Source: Dehalococcoidia bacterium | Lineage (GTDB): Bacteria > Chloroflexota > Dehalococcoidia > GIF9 > AB-539-J10 | Length of the DNA stretch: 55,886 bases | NCBI GenBank assembly: GCA_003552125.1 | Contig: PUON01000057.1 | Span: 1 to 55,886 of the forward strand | Reading direction: 5' to 3' | In this document: piece by piece, positions 37,137-44,657 of the stretch | Numbering within the stretch: the stretch's first letter is position 1 | How the letters are laid out: each line of letters starts with the position of its first letter | The notes under the pieces: model-generated | What the model was told of the DNA's origin: nothing | What the model saw: only the letters and a program-made list of their open reading frames with translations | The model's database searches: none | Translations under genes and position numbers: made by a program

Positions 37137-38218
37137 GTATTGATGAGCTTCGTGAGAGATTTGATACGACTGATAGAGAACTCGTTCGCCTTCTGGCAGA
37201 GCGGTTCAAACTCTCGCGTGCGATTGGAGAAGTGAAAGAGCAGCTGGGACTACCGGTTCTGGATGCTGCGAGAGAGCAGTTGGTACTGGAGCGTGTTCGT
37301 GATCTCGCATCCGAATTCGGAGTAGATGCGCAGGATATCGAAGGTGTGTACAGGCGAGTGATCGATGTTTCCAGGTCGGTACAACATACGACCGTGGCGT
37401 TTCAGGGCGAACCGGGAGCGTTTAGTGAAGAGGCGGCGCTGGAATTCTTCGGTCGCGCAGTGACTACCTGCTCATGCGAGAGTTTCGATGACGTATTCAG
37501 TTCGGTTGCGGAGGAACGCACGCGGTTTGGAATCGTGCCGGTTGAGAACTCTTCCGAGGGTAGTATAAGCAGGGTCTATGATCTGTTCATGGATCACGAT
37601 GTGCGTGTCTGTGGCGAGACGGCCCTGCGTATCGTGCACTGTCTGATCGCGCATCGTAACGCTACGCTCGGTGGAATACGCCGCGTCTATTCCCATCCTC
37701 AGGCGCTGGGCCAGTGCCGCTCGTTCCTGTCGCATCTCGGATGTGAACTCATTCCTGCGTACGATACTGCAGGAAGCGTGAAAATGATCAGCGAGGAACC
37801 GGCGTGTGATGCGGGGGCTGTGGCAGGGGCGCGCGCTGCTGAACTGTATGGCATGAAGGTGATTGCCACTGGCATTGAGGACAGCAGGAATAACTACACC
37901 AGGTTCTTCATTCTCTCCAAACGGGACGTGCCTCCTTCAGGTGGGGATAAGACATCGATCGTGTTTTCGGTCAGGCATGAACCAGGCGCCCTGTATGCGG
38001 CTCTCCGGGTTCTTGCAGAGCGGGGTGTCAACCTGACCAAGATCGAGTCGCGCCCCACTCGGCAGCAGCCGTGGGAGTACAATTTCTACCTTGATTTCGA
38101 GGGTCATCGCCTGGAGCCCGATTTCGACGCTGCGCTCAAAAGTATTGAGCCGTACTGTATCTTCGTCAGAGTGCTTGGCTCGTACCCTAAAGCGAAGCCG
38201 GTATGGAAGACACTATGA
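37133..38218 (+). CDS. pheA: Chorismate mutase / prephenate dehydratase (P-protein)
   Basis: N-terminal AroQ domain, then FQGEPGAFSE, PVENSSEG, SHPQALGQC, NYTRF, KIESRP. Confidence 0.95.
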   Translation: MSIDELRERFDTTDRELVRLLAERFKLSRAIGEVKEQLGLPVLDAAREQLVLERVRDLASEFGVDAQDIEGVYRRVIDVSRSVQHTTVAFQGEPGAFSEEAALEFFGRAVTTCSCESFDDVFSSVAEERTRFGIVPVENSSEGSISRVYDLFMDHDVRVCGETALRIVHCLIAHRNATLGGIRRVYSHPQALGQCRSFLSHLGCELIPAYDTAGSVKMISEEPACDAGAVAGARAAELYGMKVIATGIEDSRNNYTRFFILSKRDVPPSGGDKTSIVFSVRHEPGALYAALRVLAERGVNLTKIESRPTRQQPWEYNFYLDFEGHRLEPDFDAALKSIEPYCIFVRVLGSYPKAKPVWKTL

Positions 38219-39150
38219 AGATTGCCATTGTTGGAGCCGCAGGAAAGCTGGGAAGCTGGTTCGCTACCTTGCTGCATCAGCATGGTCATGAACTCGTACT
38301 GGTGGGACGTCGACGGGAGCCTCTCGAATTGCTGGCTACACGTATGGATCGTTGCGTGGTGGGACAGCTCGAGGATTTGGCATCCACGGACCTCGTTATT
38401 GTATCGGTTCCCATGGATGTGGTGGAACGTGTCATCGCGGAACTTGGGCTTCATGTCCGTGAATCCCAACCCGTCATAGACCTCAGCTCGCTCAAGCGTG
38501 CGCCTCAGGGTGCGGCAGATGCTCACATGGCACATGCGTGCTTCCTCGGAGTTCATCCCATGTTCGGCTCAGGCGCAGAGAGTCTCTCGGGTCACAACGT
38601 GATCCTTGTCCCGGACAATCCAAGTGCCGAAGCGCTCGCTACCAAGGTGCGCGAGTACGTTGAACCCCTTGGCGCACATGTAGTCTCGATGGACGTTGAG
38701 ACACATGATGATCTGATGTCAGTGGTTCTCGGGTTGCCTGCACTGGTTGTAGCTGCGGTCGCACGTTCAGTGCTGGCTGGTGGCCGGTTCGGAATGGCAC
38801 GAGAGGTAAGCGGCACGTCGCTTGAAGTACTGGCTTCGCTGACAGAAAGCATGCTGTGCGAGGGGAGCGAGCTGTACGGCACGCTCCTGGCAGCATTGCC
38901 GTCCGCCTCTGAGGTCGCCGGCGCCCTGCAGGATAGTGCCGCCCATTTCGCCCGACTGGTTGAGACACGCGATCGAACTGCGCTGATCGAAGAGTTTTCT
39001 TCGCTCGGACGACAACTGGAGCAGGTCGATCACCGTGCGGGCGATGCCTATGCGCGCATGTACGCTATGCTGGAAGCCCTGAAGCGTTATCCGCCTACTC
39101 CAGCGTCCTCTTCAATGGAGGCAGGCCTGCTACCTCCCGCAGACTGTTGA
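38215..39150 (+). CDS. tyrA: Prephenate/arogenate dehydrogenase
   Basis: MKIAIVGAAGKLG, DLSSLK, GVHPMFG, HDDLMSVVLGLP; last gene of the aro operon. Confidence 0.9.
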   Translation: MKIAIVGAAGKLGSWFATLLHQHGHELVLVGRRREPLELLATRMDRCVVGQLEDLASTDLVIVSVPMDVVERVIAELGLHVRESQPVIDLSSLKRAPQGAADAHMAHACFLGVHPMFGSGAESLSGHNVILVPDNPSAEALATKVREYVEPLGAHVVSMDVETHDDLMSVVLGLPALVVAAVARSVLAGGRFGMAREVSGTSLEVLASLTESMLCEGSELYGTLLAALPSASEVAGALQDSAAHFARLVETRDRTALIEEFSSLGRQLEQVDHRAGDAYARMYAMLEALKRYPPTPASSSMEAGLLPPADC

Positions 39151-40279
39151 TCAGGTACACGAAGTTTTCAAACGGCACGTCCGGCGGCACGAAATGGTCG
39201 ACCGACGGGAAGTATCCTCCGGTTTCGAGAAGGTATGGCACCTTTGAGAGTACCTCATTCCGTATTGCACTCTTGTCTTTGAGCAGAGCACGCTTGTCGA
39301 TATTGCCACCCAGTATGACATCCTTTCCGTACTTCTTGCGCAATTCCACTGCGTCATTACCTGCGGCGCACTCGAGCGGCCAGAAGAAATTGATGCCGCT
39401 TTCAAGCCAAAGGGGAATGAGCTGATTCAAACCCCCGTCGCTGTCGACGAAGATGATATCGATACCCTTGGAACGCAGCATGTCTGTGATTACCCGATAA
39501 CGTGGCATCATGAACTGCCGAAACATCCTCGGGGATATCAATGGCCCTGACTTGAATGCCATGTCCTCCCAGAACATCGCTCCGTCGGCCCGTATATCCT
39601 GCAGTGCCCGGGTGAGGCAGGAAACCTCCATCTCGCATAGCGTGTCCATCATATCCTCGATGAGTCCCGGGTCGTCATGCAATGCGAACAGGAGCGGCTC
39701 CAGCCCCATCCATTCTCGTAGGAATCCGAAAAAGCTGCCGACATTCAGCAGCAGCGGTTCATCCTTAGCGTTCATCCGCTCAACGTAACTCTGCCAGTCT
39801 GCGGGGAACCGTGCCGGGTCGTTGGGGCTCAGCCTCTTCTTATACTCCTGCCACGTGGCACGGTCTTTCACCGGGTGGTCCAGGTACATCGGCATCTTCT
39901 GGGGGTCTCTCTTATCGATTCTCACCACCTGGCCACCTTCATTTACAAGAGTGATAGTGTGTTCGTCCTCCGAGAGTTTCCTGGTCTCGTAGGTCGGCAG
40001 TATAGGTGGTATGGCATATACGTAAGTTCTATCCAGGACCTGAAGTCGCTTGTCCATGAAGAGTCCGGTTTGAATCTCCCGGAGGACACGTATGTGATCA
40101 AATTCGAAGTAAGCGCGCAAGGAGCGTGAATCACGCAATTCAGCCGGAGCGCCACGATTGACCCAGACCTCCGGTGTTTCCATCCAGAAGTCATTCAACC
40201 ACGGGGCAAGAAGACAGAGATCGCCTGTTCGTTTGAATCTGCATATATCCAGGAACCGTTGTCTGGTGGACTCCGTCAT
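39095..40279 (-). CDS. Uroporphyrinogen decarboxylase-fold protein (MtaA/CmuA-like methyltransferase family)
   Basis: FFGFLREWMGLE, FWEDMAFKSGPLISP, VDSDG, PLECAAG, GNIDK, SVDHFVPPDVP. Confidence 0.85.
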   Translation of the reverse strand: MTESTRQRFLDICRFKRTGDLCLLAPWLNDFWMETPEVWVNRGAPAELRDSRSLRAYFEFDHIRVLREIQTGLFMDKRLQVLDRTYVYAIPPILPTYETRKLSEDEHTITLVNEGGQVVRIDKRDPQKMPMYLDHPVKDRATWQEYKKRLSPNDPARFPADWQSYVERMNAKDEPLLLNVGSFFGFLREWMGLEPLLFALHDDPGLIEDMMDTLCEMEVSCLTRALQDIRADGAMFWEDMAFKSGPLISPRMFRQFMMPRYRVITDMLRSKGIDIIFVDSDGGLNQLIPLWLESGINFFWPLECAAGNDAVELRKKYGKDVILGGNIDKRALLKDKSAIRNEVLSKVPYLLETGGYFPSVDHFVPPDVPFENFVYLINSLREVAGLPPLKRTLE

Positions 40280-40302
40280 CTGGTCTGCTCTCCCGTCTGT
40301 TC

Positions 40303-40941
40303 TTACCGCGCCGCCAGTTTCTCAGCCTCCTGCACTGCCGAGGCACAATCCTCGGCGAAGCCTTCGGCGCCTATCTGATCCGCGTATTCACGCGTAATTG
40401 GCGCGCCCCCTATCATCACCTTCACCCTATCTCTCAGGCCCGCTTTGTCAAGGGCATCGATTACCTCCGGCATGTTCGTCATCGAGATTGTCAACAGCGC
40501 GGACATGCCCAGTATGTCCGGGGAATGCTGTCTCACGGCATCAACGAATGTGGTCGCCGGCACGTCGACCCCAAGGTCCACGACCTCAAATCCACCACAC
40601 TCCAGCATTATGCGCACGATGTTCTTGCCTATATCGTGGAGATCCCCTTCAACCGTTCCAAGTACGATTCTTCCCTTTCTGTGAGTGTCGCCGGCGGCCA
40701 GGTGCGGTTTCAACTCCCCTACACCTCTGTCCATCGCCCTGCACGCTATGAGCACCTCGGGAAGAAAGACCTCACCATCCTTGAACAGATCTCCAAGGTG
40801 CTGGATGCCCGGCACGAGTGCCTCGTCAAGAATGCTCATTGCAGGGACTCCCTCTTGCAGAGCCTGCTTGACCAGTGCGACTGTCTGCTCGTCATCCCCG
40901 TTCTGCACCGAAGTGGCGAGTATTTCGGGATCCCATGCCAT
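40303..40941 (-). CDS. Methyltransferase corrinoid protein (MtbC/MttC-like)
   Basis: Cap domain GEVFLPEV, B12 motif DLHDIGKN, DLGVDVP, SALLT, IGGAP. ATG 40941 after AAGGAGGT. Confidence 0.94.
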   Translation of the reverse strand: MAWDPEILATSVQNGDDEQTVALVKQALQEGVPAMSILDEALVPGIQHLGDLFKDGEVFLPEVLIACRAMDRGVGELKPHLAAGDTHRKGRIVLGTVEGDLHDIGKNIVRIMLECGGFEVVDLGVDVPATTFVDAVRQHSPDILGMSALLTISMTNMPEVIDALDKAGLRDRVKVMIGGAPITREYADQIGAEGFAEDCASAVQEAEKLAAR

Positions 40942-40955
40942 GAGTTGACCTCCTT

Positions 40956-41041
40956 GTGTCGATGCTGTGGCCGTCTGTCGGGACTGGTGCACAGTGTCGA
41001 TTCAACACCTGAATCGCCATTGTATGACAGTGTCGATTGAA
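40956..41041. repeat. Direct repeats in the divergent corrinoid/thiolase promoter region
   Basis: ACAGTGTCGATTCAA (40991-41005) and ACAGTGTCGATTGAA (41027-41041), plus a core GTGTCGAT at 40956-40963. Confidence 0.75.
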
Positions 41042-41148
41042 TGCGCAACGTGAATCCATGCCGCTACAAAACGCGTGAGACGTGTTTGCCTGGGGCCGCG
41101 TTTTAGGGCACAATGTCGGATTGACTGAAGTCGAACGAAAGGAGAAGC

Positions 41149-42447
41149 ATGCGAGAAGTCGTTATAGTCAGTGGCTGTCGGACTGCCATAGGTGCATTTG
41201 GTGGGAGCCTCAAGGACGTACCCGCCATCGATCTTGGATCTCTGGTGATGCGCGAAGCGCTACGACGCGCGGGTCTTCGCCCGCGCACGGGGGATTGGTT
41301 CCGGGATGTCAGCCCGGATCGTGTGAAGGACGATGGTGTCATAGATCTGGAACAGCGGTTCTACAAATATGATGAGGGCCTGCGAGAGGTGCAGGTTGAT
41401 GAGGTTGTGATGGGCAACGTGCTCCAGGCCGGCCTTGGACAGAACTCAGCACGTCAGGCATCCATCAGGGCCGGCATACCGAAGGAGACGCCTGCATATA
41501 CCGTCAACAAAGTCTGTGGATCGGGGCTCAAAGCGATCACGGTAGGTGCTCAACCCATTATGCTCGGTGAGGCAGATGTGGTGGTTGCAGGAGGAATGGA
41601 GAGCATGAGCTGTGCTCCATATGGACTTCCGAAGGCGCGCTGGGGGTACCGCATGGATGTCGAGGGAGTCGGAGAGCTTCGGGACCTGATGGTCTTCGAT
41701 GGCCTTTGGGAGATATTCTATGGCTTCCACATGGGTAACACTGCGGAGGAGGTGGCGGCACGTTACGGGATCAGTCGCGAGGATCAGGATGAAGTAGGAG
41801 CGATGAGTCATCAGCGAGCTCGCGCGGCGATTACCGAAGGCCTGTTCAAAGGTGAGATCGTGCCAGTTGAACTGCCCCAGCGCAAGGGTGATCCAATCGT
41901 GTTCGATACTGATGAACGCCCCATGGATACCACCAAGGAAAGGATGGCCAATCTGAAACCGGCGTTTCGTCCGAACGGAACCGTCACTGCGGGCAACTCT
42001 TCCGGCATCAATGATGCAGCTGCGGCTGTGGTCATGATGACCCGTGAGAAGGCAGACGAGCTTGGTCTGAAGCCCATCGTGAGCCTTAAGTCGTTTGGCT
42101 CAGGCGGTGTGGACCCCAAGTACATGGGTATCGGCCCAATCCCCGCAATCCGCAAGGCGCTGGCGCGTGCGGGCCTGAATGTATCCGACCTGGATGTTGT
42201 TGAGTTGAATGAGGCGTTCGCTGCTCAGGCTATCGCCTGCGTGCGCGAGCTTGGCTTCGACTGGGACAAGACGAATCCTCACGGAAGTGGTATCTCTCTG
42301 GGTCACCCGATCGGCTGCACGGGGGCTCGCCAGGTAGTCACGTTGATGCACGACATGATGCATCGTGGATTACGCTACGGACTTGTGAGCATGTGCATCG
42401 GTGGGGGTCAGGGCATGGCGGCGATATTCGAGAGGGCAGCTGACTAG
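41149..42447 (+). CDS. Acetyl-CoA C-acyltransferase (thiolase)
   Basis: RTAIG, VNKVCGSG, NSSGINDAAA, ELNEAFAAQ, SLGHPIG, SMCIGGGQG. Confidence 0.95.
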   Translation: MREVVIVSGCRTAIGAFGGSLKDVPAIDLGSLVMREALRRAGLRPRTGDWFRDVSPDRVKDDGVIDLEQRFYKYDEGLREVQVDEVVMGNVLQAGLGQNSARQASIRAGIPKETPAYTVNKVCGSGLKAITVGAQPIMLGEADVVVAGGMESMSCAPYGLPKARWGYRMDVEGVGELRDLMVFDGLWEIFYGFHMGNTAEEVAARYGISREDQDEVGAMSHQRARAAITEGLFKGEIVPVELPQRKGDPIVFDTDERPMDTTKERMANLKPAFRPNGTVTAGNSSGINDAAAAVVMMTREKADELGLKPIVSLKSFGSGGVDPKYMGIGPIPAIRKALARAGLNVSDLDVVELNEAFAAQAIACVRELGFDWDKTNPHGSGISLGHPIGCTGARQVVTLMHDMMHRGLRYGLVSMCIGGGQGMAAIFERAAD

Positions 42448-42617
42448 CTGCCCTTCTTGGAATAGTCCGGACACCAAGTGGCATGGGGGCGCTCGCGCCG
42501 GTGACAGGCACTGCGCCAGTTCCATTTACAGCTTTCGCATAGAATGACATTGAGACCCAGTGCCCGCCTGAAGCGGATGCGCATGAGATCGAGCCGGCTT
42601 GGTCCTTTGCCTGTCAT
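42444..42617 (-). CDS. 57-aa small protein with C-x2-C-x7-C-x10-C motif
   Basis: MTGKGPSRLDLMRIRFRRALGLNVILCESCKWNWRSACHRRERPHATWCPDYSKKGS. AGGA 6 nt before ATG; begins 59 nt after the rho stop; its TAG overlaps the thiolase TAG. Confidence 0.65.
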   Translation of the reverse strand: MTGKGPSRLDLMRIRFRRALGLNVILCESCKWNWRSACHRRERPHATWCPDYSKKGS

Positions 42618-42676
42618 GGTCTGTCCTGCCCCTTGACACCGGCTACTCCTGGCCGGGCCGTCAGGGTCTCCCGGGA

Positions 42677-43942
42677 TTATATATCCTTGGTGAGGTTGGC
42701 CAGAAACTCGGCATTGTTTCGCGACTTGGCCATGCGTTGCAGCACGCGTTCCGTTGCCTCTCCGAGATTCTGAGTGTCGTCGCTTAGCATGCTCACCATG
42801 CGGCGCAGCAGCCATACCTGTCGCAGGGTCTCAGAATCGAGCAGGAGTTCCTCTCTACGTGTGCCACTGGGGGTGATGTTGATTGCGGGGAACATGCGGC
42901 GCTCAGACATCTTTCTGTCCAGATGCAGTTCCATGTTGCCGGTGCCCTTGAATTCTTCGTATATGAGCTCATCCATTCTGCTACCGGTGTCGACAAGGCA
43001 CGTAGCGATGATAGTGAGGCTGCCGCCCTGATCGGTGTTCCTTGCCGTTCCGAAGAAGCGCTTGGGCGGATGGAGTGCGGCGGAGTCGATGCCACCTGAC
43101 AAGGTGCGGCCGCTTGCGGGCATGGCGAGGTTGTAGGCCCTGGTCAGACGCGTGATGCCGTCGAGCAGTACCACCACGTCTTTGCCAAGCTCGACGAGAC
43201 GCTTGGAGCGCTCCAACGCAAGTTCGGCGACGCGAGTCTGTGTTTCGACAGGTTCGTCGAATGTCGCCGCAATTACCTCAGCATGGACGGACCGTCGTAC
43301 GTCTGTCACCTCTTCCGGGCGCTCGCCGATCAGACAGACGATCAGGTGAACATCAGGATAATTCGTGGCTATGGCGTTTGCGATCTTCTTGAGCAGCACC
43401 GTCTTGCCTGCTTTGGGCGGCGAGACAATCAGGCCGCGCTGCCCGCGGCCAATAGGAGCGATCAGGTCGATAAGCCTTGTGGAGAGTTCATCAGGCATCG
43501 TCTCCAGTGTGAGTCGCTTGTCGGGAAACAGAGGCGTAAGCGAGCCAAATGTCGGACGTTTCTTGGCAGTCTCCGGGTCCAGACCGTTAATGCTTTCTAC
43601 CCGCAGCAGGCCGTAGTACTTCTCTCCCTCCTTCGGAGGGCGCGCCTGACCGCACACGTGATCGCCATCGCGGAGATTGAACCTGCGAATCTGCGAATTG
43701 GATACGTACACATCGCTTGAGCCGCGGAGGAAGCTTTCCTGACGGAGGAAGCCGTAGCCCTCGCCCATTATCTCCAGAATGCCTTCAAGGAACAAATTTC
43801 CCTGCTGCTCTGCCTGAGCCTTCAGTATCTGGTTGATGAGGTCGGCCTTCTTCATGGCCGAGTATCCCGTCATCCCCTGTTCCTTTGCAATCGCCTCTAC
43901 CTCTTCGCGATTCTTGCTCTCCAATAGCGCCATCGTAAGCAT
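42677..43942 (-). CDS. rho: Transcription termination factor Rho
   Basis: [44 protein letters not shown]. Confidence 0.97.
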   Translation of the reverse strand: MLTMALLESKNREEVEAIAKEQGMTGYSAMKKADLINQILKAQAEQQGNLFLEGILEIMGEGYGFLRQESFLRGSSDVYVSNSQIRRFNLRDGDHVCGQARPPKEGEKYYGLLRVESINGLDPETAKKRPTFGSLTPLFPDKRLTLETMPDELSTRLIDLIAPIGRGQRGLIVSPPKAGKTVLLKKIANAIATNYPDVHLIVCLIGERPEEVTDVRRSVHAEVIAATFDEPVETQTRVAELALERSKRLVELGKDVVVLLDGITRLTRAYNLAMPASGRTLSGGIDSAALHPPKRFFGTARNTDQGGSLTIIATCLVDTGSRMDELIYEEFKGTGNMELHLDRKMSERRMFPAINITPSGTRREELLLDSETLRQVWLLRRMVSMLSDDTQNLGEATERVLQRMAKSRNNAEFLANLTKDI

Positions 43943-43982
43943 GATTCTCTCCCGGGTTGATTGATATGATGCGCGGCTATCT

Positions 43983-44648
43983 CTATGGAAGAATGCCGGC
44001 AGTGCCCATTACCTTGTTCCAGTCGTCGGCGAACCGCTTGATCCCGATTTCCGTCAACGGGTGTGCAACCATCTGTAGCAGAACCCCGTACGGGATAGTT
44101 GCAATGTGAGCGCCAGCCTTTGCGGCCGAGAGACAGTGTGCGGTGTGCCTGATGCTGGCGGCAATTACCTGGGTGGGACGGTTATAGTAGCTCAGGTAGT
44201 TCACGATGTCAACTACGAGTTGCATTCCGTCTTCCCCTATGTCGTCAAGCCGGCCGACAAAAGGACTCACGTAAGCCGCTCCAGCCTCGGAGGCCAGCAT
44301 AGCCTGATTCAGCGAGAAGCAGAGTGTCATGTTGACCCTGATGCCATCCCTCGCTAGAATCGATGTTGCCTTGAGTCCCTGCGGTGTTGCAGGTATCTTG
44401 ACGGCGATGTTCTCCGCCCACGTGATAATCTCACGTGCCTCGGCAACCATTGCGTCGGCATCCAGGCTGAGGACTTCGGTGGACACCGGGCCGGGAACGA
44501 TCGCACAAATCTCCTTCACCAGAGATCTGTAGTCGACTTTTCCTTCCTTTGAGACAAGGCTCGGATTTGTGGTGACACCCGTCACGACTCCCAGTTCGAC
44601 GCCATGGCGGATGTGCTCGAGATTCGCGGTATCAAGAAACAGGCGCAT
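43983..44648 (-). CDS. tal: Transaldolase (TalC/Fsa family)
   Basis: FLDTAN, GVTTNPSL, Schiff-base VKIP. Glu in VSTEV and Phe in SPFVGR indicate transaldolase rather than FSA. Confidence 0.92.
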   Translation of the reverse strand: MRLFLDTANLEHIRHGVELGVVTGVTTNPSLVSKEGKVDYRSLVKEICAIVPGPVSTEVLSLDADAMVAEAREIITWAENIAVKIPATPQGLKATSILARDGIRVNMTLCFSLNQAMLASEAGAAYVSPFVGRLDDIGEDGMQLVVDIVNYLSYYNRPTQVIAASIRHTAHCLSAAKAGAHIATIPYGVLLQMVAHPLTEIGIKRFADDWNKVMGTAGILP

Positions 44649-44657
44649 GGCAACCTC

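Noticed and set aside
40942-41018. Cobalamin riboswitch upstream of the corrinoid gene
   Set aside because: The predicted leader is only about 70 nt and lacks B12-box motifs.
42618-42815. N-terminal extension of the 123-aa ORF 42444..42815
   Set aside because: Overlaps rho in another frame. Only the part from ATG 42617 has an SD and protein-like composition.
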